A stretch of DNA of 64,000 nt from an uncultured Bacilli bacterium (GTDB lineage: Bacteria; Bacillota_I; Bacilli_A; RF39; UBA660): contig CAKOQK010000003.1 of the NCBI GenBank assembly GCA_934101225.1, forward strand, positions 6,186 through 70,185. The letters are read 5' to 3'. The notes below the pieces were generated by a model. The model was not told the DNA's origin and made no database searches. It saw nothing but the letters and a program-made list of their open reading frames with translations. This document shows, one piece after another, positions 28,688 through 39,422 of this stretch (position 1 is the first letter of the stretch; the number at the start of each line of letters is the position of its first letter). A program made the translations under genes and the position numbers.

Positions 28688-29077
28688 TTATAAACACTTA
28701 TTTAATTCTTTTTCTAATTTAAGTAATAATTCTTTATCTTTATCTCTATTTAAAAGTTTTTTAACATTGTAGCAATCTCTTAAAGAAGCAACTTTATAAC
28801 CATTTATATATACATAATTATTTGGGCAAAAATCAAAGCTAAAATTTATTACATCATCTATCATAAAAGCCTTATTTCCAAATTCATTTATTCTATCAAA
28901 TTCACAATTAAAATTACTTAATAGATATTCGTAATAATCTTTTGAAACCCAAATATCAATGTCATGAGTTTAATTACTAAAATTTTGTAAAACTAAAGCA
29001 GCTCCAGTTATAATAATAAATTTATCTTTATCTAAATTATAATTATTTAATGTCGTTATAATATCTTTTTTTATCAT
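28688..29077 (-). pseudogene. minimal nucleotidyltransferase-fold protein interrupted by in-frame TAA
   Basis: Minus-strand frame MIKKDIITTLNNYNLDKDKFIIITGAALVLQNFSN * THDIDIWVSKDYY.... Contains G[GS]x..DIDI, the NTase hallmark. TAA at plus-strand 28972-28974. The frame continues to the stop at 28688. Confidence 0.4.
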
Positions 29078-29204
29078 GTTTTACCTCTATTCTTATATAT
29101 AAATAAAATTAATCAATTCAAAATAAACTATATCAAATCTATAATGAAAATTCAAATATACAATTACCATCTTTCTAATATTTCCAATAAAACAAAAAGA
29201 CTTT

Positions 29205-30137
29205 ATGGATAAAATATGGTACAATTTTTTTGGTGATAATATGAATTATGATACTATAAAATCTACTAGTGATGGTTTAAATCTATCTATAGCTTACAGT
29301 TTACCTAAAGGTAAAAGTAAAGGAATTATTCAGTTTTCTCACGGAATGGCTGAACATAAAGAAAGATACTATCCTTTAATGCAATATTTATCTGATAATG
29401 GTTATATATGTATAATTCATGATCATAGAGGTCATGGAAAAAGTATAAAATCTAATAATGATTTAGGCTACTTTTATACAAAGGATATTAACTACATAAT
29501 TGATGATTTATTTAATGTAACTTGTTATGCTAAAAATAAATTTAATAATTCAAATGTATATTTATTTAGTCATAGTATGGGTACTCTTGTTGCTAGAGGT
29601 TATATTCAAAAATATGATAATCAAATAAATAAACTTATATTATGCGGAGCACCAACTAAAAATAGTTTGAGTATTATTGGCTTATCTATTGCTTATATTT
29701 CAAGTATATTTAATTATCATAAAAAAGATAATATTCTTGATTATTTAACATTTAATAGTTTTAATAAAAATTATGATTATAAAAATGCTTGGCTTTCTAA
29801 AAGTAAAGATAATGTTATTAATTATAATAAAGATAATTTATGTGGTTTTACATTTACAACTAATGGATTTATTAATTTATATAAATTACAAATTAATGCT
29901 TTTAAGAAAAAATTATATAATTGTAACAACAAAGATTTAAATATATTTATGATTGCTGGAGAAAACGATCCTGTTATTGGTAATATTAATCTTTTTAATG
30001 ATTTAAAAAAGTTTTTATTAAATATTGGCTATAAGAATATCGAAAGTAAATTATATAAAGATTTAAGACATGAAATTCTTAATGAAGAAAATAATAAATT
30101 AATTTATCAAGATATATTAAATTTCATCCAAAAATAA
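29205..30137 (+). CDS. alpha/beta hydrolase (lysophospholipase/monoacylglycerol lipase-like)
   Basis: 310 aa with HGMAEH, GHGKS and a nucleophile elbow FSHSMGT. Confidence 0.7.
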   Translation: MDKIWYNFFGDNMNYDTIKSTSDGLNLSIAYSLPKGKSKGIIQFSHGMAEHKERYYPLMQYLSDNGYICIIHDHRGHGKSIKSNNDLGYFYTKDINYIIDDLFNVTCYAKNKFNNSNVYLFSHSMGTLVARGYIQKYDNQINKLILCGAPTKNSLSIIGLSIAYISSIFNYHKKDNILDYLTFNSFNKNYDYKNAWLSKSKDNVINYNKDNLCGFTFTTNGFINLYKLQINAFKKKLYNCNNKDLNIFMIAGENDPVIGNINLFNDLKKFLLNIGYKNIESKLYKDLRHEILNEENNKLIYQDILNFIQK

Positions 30138-30488
30138 AAGAATAAAAGTAACTATATTTTATTCTTTTTCTTATTGGCTTCAGTTTTAACATAATACCAA
30201 TTATTTTCTATTTCTTTAATAAATACAATATCATAGAAATATTTGTCATTTACTATTGATTTTAGGCCATCTGATGAATAAAGTAACATACTTGATCCAT
30301 CATCAATCATTAAACTTTTATAGAACCAAAAACATACTATATATTCATCATTAATTTTATTAACTTTAATATTCTTAGTTATTGATAATTTTTTATATTT
30401 TTCATCTTATTCAAAATATTCTCCATTAATTATATCAAGTTTATCATCGTGTTTTATATTGTTAATTAATTCTACATAATTATTATAA

Positions 30489-32822
30489 TTATTTTTTTCT
30501 ATATTTTTTATCCTCTATGAATTCTTTACATTTATTAAATAATAATAAGGTTTCTCTTGCAACAATTATTTCAAATAAAGCAAACATAGTAACCAAAATA
30601 GATGCCTTTAAAGATATTGATCTAATACTAAAAAATTCTGGTATCATATTTATAGTAATAATCATTCCTAATATGCATCCAATAAAGACTATCGTTCTAT
30701 ACTTATTTAGTGGTTTAGCACATTTATATAAAATTATAAATCCACCAGTAAAAAATAAGTAACTACACGCCGTTGTTAAATCATTAGAATTAATATCAAA
30801 TATAACTGAACATTTAACCATACAAACAATTGCTAAAAAAGAAATAATTGCGGATGGCAAAGATTTTAAAAATATATTTTTCCAAAATTCATCATTTTGT
30901 TGTTTCTTTTGATTTTCTTCAAAGGTTAAGAAAAATGCTGGTATTCCAATAGTAAATGCACTGCCAAGTGATACTTGATTAGGTTCTAAAGGGTAAGCGA
31001 TTGTAAAAATTATTGCATAAATTGAAAGCAACAACGAAAATATATTTTTATAAGTAAATAAAGATGCTGATCTAGTAATATTATTTATATTTTTTCTTCC
31101 CTCATAAACAATATTTCTCATATTTCCAAAATCAGAATCAAGAAGAACAACTTGAGCTGCTTCCCTTGCTGCATCAGATCCATTTCCCATAGCAATAGAA
31201 CAATTAGCCTCTTTCATAGCTAATATATCATTTACTCCATCCCCAGTCATGGCAACTTTTAATCCATTTTCTTTTATTAATTGAATTATTTCTCTTTTCT
31301 GTTCAGGACTTACTCTACCAAATATTTTATATTTATCAACTGCATTTTTTAGTTCATCTCTAGTTTTTAGTAAACTACAATCAACAAACAAATCATAATT
31401 CTTAATTCCAACTTCTTTAGCAATAGAAGAAACTGTTACAGGATTATCTCCTGAAATAACTCTTATCTCAACTTCTCTATCATTAAAGAATTTAATAATC
31501 TCCCTAGCGTTCTTTCTAATCTCATTTTTTAAACTTATAAATAATATTGGAGCACACTCATTATTTTCTTCTTTTACAAATACTATAATTCTCTCACCAT
31601 TAATTGTTCTTTTACTAATTAAATGATTGTAATCTTTATTAAGAAGAACATCCGGTGCACCTAATTTATAGGTAATATTTTCACTAATTTTAATATATGA
31701 ATATTTATTTTTTGAATTGAAATTTTCATATTCAAGCATATTTAATTTTTTACTTTTAATATTTTTTAAATATTCTCTTAAAGCATTTATGGTCGCATTA
31801 TTATCATTTATTGAATTAACATAATTAGCAAGTTCCAATATTTTTTTATCTTTTTCCTTATCTAAATAACTTATTTCATTATCATCAAAAATATCCATGA
31901 CATCCATCTCATTAGTTGTAATTGTACCAGTTTTATCAATACACAAAACATCGGTTCTAGCTAAACTTTCAATGCTTTTCATATCATGAAGTAAGACTTT
32001 TTTCTTAGCAAGTCTCATAGCACTAAGTGCAAGAGCAACAGTTGTTAACAAATATAACCCTTCAGGAATCATACCTATTAATGCTGACACCATTCTAATT
32101 ACACTTTCACTATAACTAAATTTATTAACAAAATATGATTGTCCAAATAAAAGTAAACCAATTGGAAAAATAACAATTCCAGCAACTAAAACAATTCTAT
32201 CAATAGCCTTAATCATTTCCGTTTTATTTTCTTTAATCTTTTTAGATTCTTTCATTATTTTAGAAGAATATGACTCATCACCAACATTTGTTAATTTAAC
32301 TATAGCGCTACCAGATACAACAAAACTACCAGATAATAAGTTTGAATTAACTATTTTTTCTCTTTCATCTTGTTCGCCAGTTAATAAAGATTCATTAACA
32401 AAAAGTTTACCTTGAACTAATATTCCATCTGCTGGAACTTGGTTTCCACTTGTAAGCCTTACATAATCTCCTTCAACCAATTCATCAGAATAAACCACTA
32501 CTTCTTTATTATCTCTAATAACACTATACTTACATTTATCTAAAAGAGATAATTCATCTAATACTTTCTTAGATCTAATTTGCTGAAAAATACCTATTAA
32601 TACATTTATTGTTACTACAATTAAAAAGGTTAAATTTCGGTATGCTCCAGCAAAAACTACTAAAATAGCAAGTATCATAAAAATTACATTAAAATAAGTA
32701 AAAATATTCTTCTTAATAATAGTCGATATACTTTCACTTGTCTTAAAATTTATCTTGTTAACTTTACCAAATAAAATTTTTTCTTCAACTTCTCTATTTG
32801 TTAATCCACTTACTTTTTTCAT
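30489..32822 (-). CDS. cation-transporting P-type ATPase
   Basis: 777 aa, with DKTGTIT phosphorylation motif, TGDGVNDILAM hinge and 8-10 TM helices. Confidence 0.85.
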   Translation of the reverse strand: MKKVSGLTNREVEEKILFGKVNKINFKTSESISTIIKKNIFTYFNVIFMILAILVVFAGAYRNLTFLIVVTINVLIGIFQQIRSKKVLDELSLLDKCKYSVIRDNKEVVVYSDELVEGDYVRLTSGNQVPADGILVQGKLFVNESLLTGEQDEREKIVNSNLLSGSFVVSGSAIVKLTNVGDESYSSKIMKESKKIKENKTEMIKAIDRIVLVAGIVIFPIGLLLFGQSYFVNKFSYSESVIRMVSALIGMIPEGLYLLTTVALALSAMRLAKKKVLLHDMKSIESLARTDVLCIDKTGTITTNEMDVMDIFDDNEISYLDKEKDKKILELANYVNSINDNNATINALREYLKNIKSKKLNMLEYENFNSKNKYSYIKISENITYKLGAPDVLLNKDYNHLISKRTINGERIIVFVKEENNECAPILFISLKNEIRKNAREIIKFFNDREVEIRVISGDNPVTVSSIAKEVGIKNYDLFVDCSLLKTRDELKNAVDKYKIFGRVSPEQKREIIQLIKENGLKVAMTGDGVNDILAMKEANCSIAMGNGSDAAREAAQVVLLDSDFGNMRNIVYEGRKNINNITRSASLFTYKNIFSLLLSIYAIIFTIAYPLEPNQVSLGSAFTIGIPAFFLTFEENQKKQQNDEFWKNIFLKSLPSAIISFLAIVCMVKCSVIFDINSNDLTTACSYLFFTGGFIILYKCAKPLNKYRTIVFIGCILGMIITINMIPEFFSIRSISLKASILVTMFALFEIIVARETLLLFNKCKEFIEDKKYRKK

Positions 32823-32856
32823 ATATTAAACAACTCTCTTTACAATTATCAATATA

Positions 32857-32892
32857 ATTGTATCAAATTTTCATCAAAAAGTATTTATATTA
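32857..32892 (-). promoter_or_regulatory. 36-bp conserved upstream element, copy A (35 nt before P-type ATPase ATG)
   Basis: attgtatcaaattttcatcaaaaagtatttatatta. Identical except 1 nt to 34589-34624. The minus-strand reading contains TTGATgaaaaTTTGATACAAT (TG-extended -10 like). Confidence 0.5.
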
Positions 32893-32932
32893 ATCCTGAA
32901 TTTTTATTTTAAAACAAATATATTTTTACTTT

Positions 32933-33622
32933 TCATTTTTGCATTTCTTTAACTTTAGAGCCTAAATTCAGACATAAATTTTTATTGTCAATAATAATCA
33001 AATCTTCAATATTTAGATCAAAAAATTTAATCATTTTACTAAATTCTTCAACAGAAACATTTCCAAGTCTCTTTAATTGAAACATATTTATCAGGTTGTC
33101 ATAATAAGGAATAACAGATTCCTTAGAACTATTTATAGACACAGTCTTCATTAACTGCTTTAACTCATCTAACTTTTTTATTTTTTCATCAATATTTTGT
33201 TCTTTAATTGACTTTAATTCTAGAATACATGCATCAACTTCAGCTTGAAGAATATTATCATTAATGCCTCGTTTTAAGTATACATCAACTATTTTTGAAT
33301 AATCATCTTTAAGCAAAGAATTAATAATATGCACCAAATATGGTGGATGCGCACGATTATATGAATATAAATGTTCATAGCCAAAATTGCCAGGATACTC
33401 ACCAGCTATATAGTCACCTGTAGGAACAGATATTACATCTCTTATTTCCCAACTCTTATCTAGATATTCTGGCAAACGTGTACCAACAAATTCTTCAGGT
33501 CGAAATATACTACAAGCACATTGCACTTTTAACTTTAATTTTTTTAATTCTTCCTCATCAAATCTGCATTCATATTTAATTATTTCTTCTTCATTTTTTA
33601 AATACCAATTAAACTTTTTCAA
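32933..33622 (-). CDS. hypothetical protein (229 aa)
   Basis: Intact ORF. No motif recognised. Confidence 0.45.
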   Translation of the reverse strand: MKKFNWYLKNEEEIIKYECRFDEEELKKLKLKVQCACSIFRPEEFVGTRLPEYLDKSWEIRDVISVPTGDYIAGEYPGNFGYEHLYSYNRAHPPYLVHIINSLLKDDYSKIVDVYLKRGINDNILQAEVDACILELKSIKEQNIDEKIKKLDELKQLMKTVSINSSKESVIPYYDNLINMFQLKRLGNVSVEEFSKMIKFFDLNIEDLIIIDNKNLCLNLGSKVKEMQK

Positions 33623-33852
33623 ATTTATTATCTCCTTAAGTTTAATATTATCATAATTACTAAAGACTTATACTCTATTTTTTGTAGAGTAACAAGATTT
33701 ATAAAAGAAAAATCAAAAGTACAATTTTTTATTTTACTTTTATGTTAATTTTACTATATATTTATTTTTGATTATTTTTATATTTTTTATTATTTTAACT
33801 GTACACATTTAGTGTACATTTCAACATTTTGCTTAATTAATAATATTTATTA

Positions 33853-34554
33853 CTATAATTTATTTGCAAATTTAACATATTTTAACAAAAAAGGACACTT
33901 TTCATTTAAATCTATTTTGGAATTCTTAACCAAATACATTATAATCTTTTTTGCACTATAAGAATTGTTTATAGAAACTATTTCCAGTTTCTCCTTTTCA
34001 ATTATTTTATCAACTATAGTGTGCATATTCCACAATTCCATTGTTATATCATTTGAATCATTGCCATAAGAATAAATATAATTAAGCTGTTTTCTTGAAA
34101 ATGGTTGTTTTTTAACTTCATCTATATCATTATAATCAAAATCTATTTTTTCTATTAAATTAAGTTTTAAAAAAACGCTATTTTCAAGTATATCATCTAG
34201 TTTTTTACAAGCATAATTAATTTTACTATTATTTTCTATTGAATTTTTAAATATTAAATCAACTACAAATCTTGGAAATATTTTATTAGTCATATATATA
34301 TAACCACATTTATAAATAAAGTCACTTTTAGGTCTTAATACCAACCATTTAATCCATGAATCCATTAAAATTAATGTATTGTCAAATCCTTTAGTAAAAA
34401 ATATTTTTTTATTAAGTTCAATATTTTTAGAATTATTACCTATTGTTGGAATTAATCCATCTTTAAAAATACTATTTAAATTATTTTTATTCGTATAATG
34501 TAAAAACACTTCATTATAATCAAGCAAAGTAATATCTATTGATTTATAATTCAT
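33853..34554 (-). CDS. hypothetical protein (233 aa)
   Basis: Intact ORF with SD aggaaggg. Preceded by copy B of the conserved element. Confidence 0.45.
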   Translation of the reverse strand: MNYKSIDITLLDYNEVFLHYTNKNNLNSIFKDGLIPTIGNNSKNIELNKKIFFTKGFDNTLILMDSWIKWLVLRPKSDFIYKCGYIYMTNKIFPRFVVDLIFKNSIENNSKINYACKKLDDILENSVFLKLNLIEKIDFDYNDIDEVKKQPFSRKQLNYIYSYGNDSNDITMELWNMHTIVDKIIEKEKLEIVSINNSYSAKKIIMYLVKNSKIDLNEKCPFLLKYVKFANKL

Positions 34555-34588
34555 AAAACCCTTCCTATATATTTAAATTTATAAAATT

Positions 34589-34624
34589 ATTGTATCAAAT
34601 TTTTATCAAAAAGTATTTATATTA
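34589..34624 (-). promoter_or_regulatory. 36-bp conserved upstream element, copy B (35 nt before ATG of 233-aa gene)
   Basis: attgtatcaaatttttatcaaaaagtatttatatta. Same spacing to the start codon as copy A. Confidence 0.5.
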
Positions 34625-34684
34625 CGTTTTAATTTAAATAATATTTTCAAATTGTTACAAATAAAAATCACCTAAAAGTGATTT

Positions 34685-36883
34685 TTATTTTAATTTTTCA
34701 TTAATTAATTCATTTAATCTTTGATTACCTTTTTCAGTTAAATGAATACCATCCGCCATTAAATAATCCTTATGTTTTTGAATTTCTTGATAAAAATTAA
34801 TTACATAAACATTTTTACTATTTAAACTATTTAACGGTTTAACTGTCGAAATAATATATATTTCCCTTTCTTTACACAAATCAATTAAGTCTTGATATTC
34901 TTTAATACTTATAATTGTTGAATTATCAAATCCAAAAACTATTTTGTTAGATAAAGTTTTCTCGTCAATCGTCTTTTCTATATCTTCTTTTAAATCTTTA
35001 TAACTATAATTTAGTTTAACTGTAAATCTTGCATCAGAATAATTATTTTGTAATTCATTAAAATCATAGAATAATAAATCATTTCCATAAAAAGACATTT
35101 TATTTCTTAATTCTTCTTGATGTTCTAGAATTAATGCTTGTTTCTTTTCTTTAAATTTATCTTTATATACTTCAAATATCGCATTATATATAATATTGGT
35201 ATATTCTTTTCTACCAGTTGGAGGTAAATGAATTCCATCATAATAGAACCAATCATCATGTCCAAGTGATAAATCATGCCAATTAATAATATGTAAATTA
35301 TCATATTTAGTAGCAAGTTCATTTAAACTATTATTTACCTTTTCATTATTTGTTGTGTTAAGCCAAAATACTACTTTATCACTTAAAATATTCATAATAT
35401 TTTCTTTACAATTGTTTCCACAATCTCCATTAGTTCCCAAATGAAGTACTACTGCTTCCCCTAATTTATTACTATTTTTTAAATTTGATAATATTGAAAC
35501 CCCAGTTGTTAATGCACGAGATTCTTTAGCATCAAAATAACTATTAGGAAACATTTTAGTTATATTACTCATTGCACCAAGCATAACTGAATCACCTACA
35601 AATGTGATTGGTAACTCTTTAACAAGTGCTTCATAATTATCCGGATTTTCTAGCTTTTCTAATTCTTTATTCCAATCATTTTCTTCTTGTTGCTGTTTTA
35701 ATTCATAGTCTTTCTGTTTTTCCTGCATTTCTTTTTCATTTTCCGCAAGTTGTGTTCTTAATTCTTCCATTTCTTTTTCATATGATTTAGCACTAATATA
35801 TCTAATTGCACCATATAATGATCCAGCAACAAATAAAATTAATAACAGTTCTTTTATATTTTTATGTTTCTTTTTACTACTCAACTCAAAATGAAGTAAA
35901 AATGAAAGTAATAAAACAATTACTATAATAATAGGAATTTTAATTACATGATTTATATTTAAATATTGAAAAGCATAAATAACAGGATATTGTACCAAAT
36001 AAATTTCATATGTCATATTAGCAACACCTCTAATCAAATGATCAAATTTGCTTTCATTGTTATATGAAACAGCATAATCTATACATCTACAACTAACTAT
36101 ATTTATTAATATCATACTAGTGCTAAAATAAATAGAAGTAGCAGGCACAAATTTAAACATAATTATAATTACTATTAAATATAAAATATAGATAATATTT
36201 TTAAGCCTTATATTTGTAACATCTAATGTAAATAAATTACCATATTCATTATGTATATATCCGAGCATCATACCTATAAATAATGAATATACTCTTGTAA
36301 ACGTATTATAATAAGCATTCATTAAATTAGTTTTACTCATATTATAAAATATAATAGCTCCAATTACACTTCCAACAAATGTAATAACAATTGGTAAGTT
36401 TTTATTAAACTTTTTCCTTAATTTATTTAAAATCATAAATATAAATGGGAATAATAAATCAAATTGGATAAGAATAGCTATATACCAAAAATGCATAAAA
36501 GGTGAATCAATATGTCTCGCAAAATAATCCAAATTCGCATTTATTTGCCAAAAATTATTATATCCAAGTAATACAGATGTAGTTTCATTTTTTATATTCA
36601 ACCAGTACGTATTGGGAATATTTGAAACAACAGCAATAGATATAAAAGTAACAATTAACAAAGGAATATAAATTTTTTTTATTTTTTTTAAATAATATTC
36701 TTTTAAAGAAAAATTTTCTTTATTTAAATTTGTTATAACTCCTAAATAACCACTTAAAACAAAGAAAGTACATACTGCTAGATATCCTCCACTCATATAT
36801 CCTAAATGATAAAAAAGTATAGCAATTGCGCAAACTATTCTTAATATATCTAATTTTCTATAATAATTAGTTTTATTATTCAT
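34685..36883 (-). CDS. acyltransferase family 3 membrane protein fused to SGNH/GDSL hydrolase domain (OatA-like O-acetyltransferase)
   Basis: 732 aa. N-terminal about 10 TM acyltransferase-3 region (LDILRIVCAIAILFYH), coiled-coil linker, and a C-terminal SGNH-like domain. Confidence 0.7.
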   Translation of the reverse strand: MNNKTNYYRKLDILRIVCAIAILFYHLGYMSGGYLAVCTFFVLSGYLGVITNLNKENFSLKEYYLKKIKKIYIPLLIVTFISIAVVSNIPNTYWLNIKNETTSVLLGYNNFWQINANLDYFARHIDSPFMHFWYIAILIQFDLLFPFIFMILNKLRKKFNKNLPIVITFVGSVIGAIIFYNMSKTNLMNAYYNTFTRVYSLFIGMMLGYIHNEYGNLFTLDVTNIRLKNIIYILYLIVIIIMFKFVPATSIYFSTSMILINIVSCRCIDYAVSYNNESKFDHLIRGVANMTYEIYLVQYPVIYAFQYLNINHVIKIPIIIVIVLLLSFLLHFELSSKKKHKNIKELLLILFVAGSLYGAIRYISAKSYEKEMEELRTQLAENEKEMQEKQKDYELKQQQEENDWNKELEKLENPDNYEALVKELPITFVGDSVMLGAMSNITKMFPNSYFDAKESRALTTGVSILSNLKNSNKLGEAVVLHLGTNGDCGNNCKENIMNILSDKVVFWLNTTNNEKVNNSLNELATKYDNLHIINWHDLSLGHDDWFYYDGIHLPPTGRKEYTNIIYNAIFEVYKDKFKEKKQALILEHQEELRNKMSFYGNDLLFYDFNELQNNYSDARFTVKLNYSYKDLKEDIEKTIDEKTLSNKIVFGFDNSTIISIKEYQDLIDLCKEREIYIISTVKPLNSLNSKNVYVINFYQEIQKHKDYLMADGIHLTEKGNQRLNELINEKLK

Positions 36884-37004
36884 TTAACTTCATCCTCATA
36901 TCTATCTCTATAACTATTTATATTATACCTTATTTTTATTCTTTTTATCAAAAATACTAGCATAAATTTACAATTTAAAAATAAATATTGTAAACATATA
37001 AAAT

Positions 37005-37034
37005 ATGGAATAAATATCTCTTAATCTATTCCAT
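37005..37034 (-). terminator. rho-independent terminator of asnB operon
   Basis: atggaata..(14 nt)..tattccat hairpin 10 nt after the asnB stop, followed by a T-rich tract on the minus strand. Confidence 0.5.
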
Positions 37035-37043
37035 ATCAAATTA

Positions 37044-38879
37044 TTATTTTTCCGTAATAAAGAATCTTTCATACCATATTAAAAATGTATATATTGTATA
37101 AATTTTCTTTCCATTTCTTTCAATATTATTATAATGATTATCAAGCATTTCATTTATTTTATTTTTGTCAAAAAATTCACTTACAAAATCTTTATTAAAC
37201 ATTTCTTTTACTTTACTATAATATTTTTCTTCTTGAATCCAATTACCAAAAGGAACAGGGAAACCTAATTTTCTTCTCTTAGCCCATTCTTCGGGAATAA
37301 CCTTTTCGGCAACTTTTCTAAAAATATATTTAGTTTGTCCGTCATGTACCATATACTTTGTTGGTAATTTTTTAGAAATATTCCAAACTTCTTTATCTAA
37401 AAATGGTACTCTAAGTTCAACACTATTAGCCATTGACATCTTATCTGCTTTTAATAATATATCATTAGGAAGCCAAAAATTTAAATCAATATACATTTTT
37501 CTTAAAATATCATTTTCTCCTTTAGTTTCATCATGAAATGGTTTACACAAATCATATGGACTAATATCTGAAATATATTTTTTATTTAAAATCTCCGGTA
37601 TTTCTTCTGGTAAAAACATCTCTGTTTTATTATAATATCTCTTGCTTATATCTTTACCATATTTTATTAATGTATGTTTTCCTTTAAAATAAGGTAATGG
37701 TTTAATTACTTTAGCAATACCACTTCTAACAAATAATGGTAAACTTAAATATATTTTTTCTATCTTAGAATCATTATATTCATTATATCCACCAAACATT
37801 TCATCAGCACCTTCTCCTGATAAAACTACCTTAACTTGACTTCTTGCTAGTTTACTTAAGAAATATAAAGGAACAGTGCTTACATTAGCGCTTGGCTCAT
37901 CACAGTGATATTGAATAGTTGGTAATATATCAAAAAATTCATCACCAGTTATAACCTTACTATAATGTTTTACATGAAAATGTTCTGATAGACTCTTAGC
38001 ATATTCTATTTCACTAAATCCTTTTCCCTCAAAACCAACTGTAAATGTTTTATTTGGTTTAGCAAGACTTACAACATATGAAGAATCTACTCCTCCACTT
38101 AAATAAGATCCTACCTCTACATCACTTATTTGATGATATTTAATTGAACTTTCTAAAGTTTCTTTAACTAATTTTTCATAATATTCATAACTATTATTTT
38201 CTTTTTCATAACTAAGTTTAAAATAACTTTTAACATCTATCTTACCATTTTTATAAATAAAGTAATGACCTGGTTTTAATTTATTAGTATATTTAAAAAA
38301 TGTTTCCTCTAAATGATTAGTTCCATATGATAAATATAATCCTAAAACTTTATTATTTAATTCTTTTTTAAAATCAGGATGTGACAAAAATGATTTAATT
38401 TCACTACCCACCATAAATAATCCATTATGATTATAATAATAAACAGGTTTAATCCCAAAATAATCTCTAGCTCCAACTAATGTCTTATTCTTCTTATCAT
38501 AAATAATTATTCCAAACATTCCTCTTAATTTATTGAAAACATTAGTTCCATATTCTTCATATCCATGAACGATTACTTCGGTATCACTATTTGTTGCAAA
38601 TTTATGGTTAAGTTTTTCTAATTCTTCCCTTAATTCCTTAAAATTATATATTTCTCCATTAAACATAACAACAATGTTTTTATTTTCATTATAAAGCGGC
38701 TGATTTCCACCTTTTAAGTCGATTATTGATAATCTTCTAAAACCCATAGCAATATTTTCATCAACATAATAACCATCACTATCTGGGCCTCTATGTTTAA
38801 TTCTATCAGCCATATCTTTAATTATTTTCTTTTTATTATTTATTTTTGTTTTATCATAAAATGCACAAAAGCCACACAT
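37044..38879 (-). CDS. asnB: asparagine synthase (glutamine-hydrolysing)
   Basis: 611 aa. N-terminal MCGF (Cys2 Ntn amidotransferase) and a C-terminal synthetase SGGVDSS PP-loop. Confidence 0.9.
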   Translation of the reverse strand: MCGFCAFYDKTKINNKKKIIKDMADRIKHRGPDSDGYYVDENIAMGFRRLSIIDLKGGNQPLYNENKNIVVMFNGEIYNFKELREELEKLNHKFATNSDTEVIVHGYEEYGTNVFNKLRGMFGIIIYDKKNKTLVGARDYFGIKPVYYYNHNGLFMVGSEIKSFLSHPDFKKELNNKVLGLYLSYGTNHLEETFFKYTNKLKPGHYFIYKNGKIDVKSYFKLSYEKENNSYEYYEKLVKETLESSIKYHQISDVEVGSYLSGGVDSSYVVSLAKPNKTFTVGFEGKGFSEIEYAKSLSEHFHVKHYSKVITGDEFFDILPTIQYHCDEPSANVSTVPLYFLSKLARSQVKVVLSGEGADEMFGGYNEYNDSKIEKIYLSLPLFVRSGIAKVIKPLPYFKGKHTLIKYGKDISKRYYNKTEMFLPEEIPEILNKKYISDISPYDLCKPFHDETKGENDILRKMYIDLNFWLPNDILLKADKMSMANSVELRVPFLDKEVWNISKKLPTKYMVHDGQTKYIFRKVAEKVIPEEWAKRRKLGFPVPFGNWIQEEKYYSKVKEMFNKDFVSEFFDKNKINEMLDNHYNNIERNGKKIYTIYTFLIWYERFFITEK

Positions 38880-38933
38880 TTAAATCAACTCTTTCTTTAA
38901 AAATTATACAAAATTATTAATTCTTTCATCAAG

Positions 38934-39422
38934 TTAAATCTTAGTTAAATGAACTTCATTACCATTATTTTTTATAAGACTAACCAAATCATTTACATTT
39001 AACCAAACAGTTGCTGAATTATCATTAGGATGAACTCCAATTATAAATGGATCTTTAAAAAAATTTTCATCTATATAAAATTTTACAACTTTGTCTTTAT
39101 CATTTAATAATCCTAAAGGTGTAACCGCCCCAGAAATTAATTTTAAATAATTATATAGTTCTGCATCACTTGCAAAGCTAAGATGTCTAAACCCATTTTC
39201 TATTCTAAATTTTTTCAAATCAATTTTCTTATTTCCTAAAAGCGTTACTAAATAATAATTTTCTTTTTTATCATCTCTCAAAAATATATTTTTTCCATCA
39301 TAATTTGGATATTTTAGTGAAACTCTTTTTAAATCATTCATATTAAATACCGGAATATGTTCATCTACTTCAAATTTAATATTATTTTTCTTTAAAAAGT
39401 CATATACCTCTTCCTTATTCAC
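38934..39422 (-). CDS. YbaK/ProX-type aminoacyl-tRNA deacylase (prolyl-tRNA editing domain protein)
   Basis: 162 aa with a GAVTPLG motif region. Confidence 0.55.
   Translation of the reverse strand: MNKEEVYDFLKKNNIKFEVDEHIPVFNMNDLKRVSLKYPNYDGKNIFLRDDKKENYYLVTLLGNKKIDLKKFRIENGFRHLSFASDAELYNYLKLISGAVTPLGLLNDKDKVVKFYIDENFFKDPFIIGVHPNDNSATVWLNVNDLVSLIKNNGNEVHLTKI

Noticed and set aside
30138-30488. Short minus-strand ORF fragments (MKNIKNYQ*, and a 62-codon frame MIDDGSSMLLYSSDGLKS...) between the hydrolase and the P-type ATPase
   Set aside because: The frames are broken and the best start has no RBS. This is most likely a decayed remnant of a gene rather than a functional CDS. It is mentioned only as part of the decaying accessory patch.
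30517-30762. 81-aa plus-strand ORF antisense to the P-type ATPase
   Set aside because: Antisense frame.
35131-35322. 63-aa ORF nested in the acyltransferase gene
   Set aside because: Alternative frame of a supported gene.
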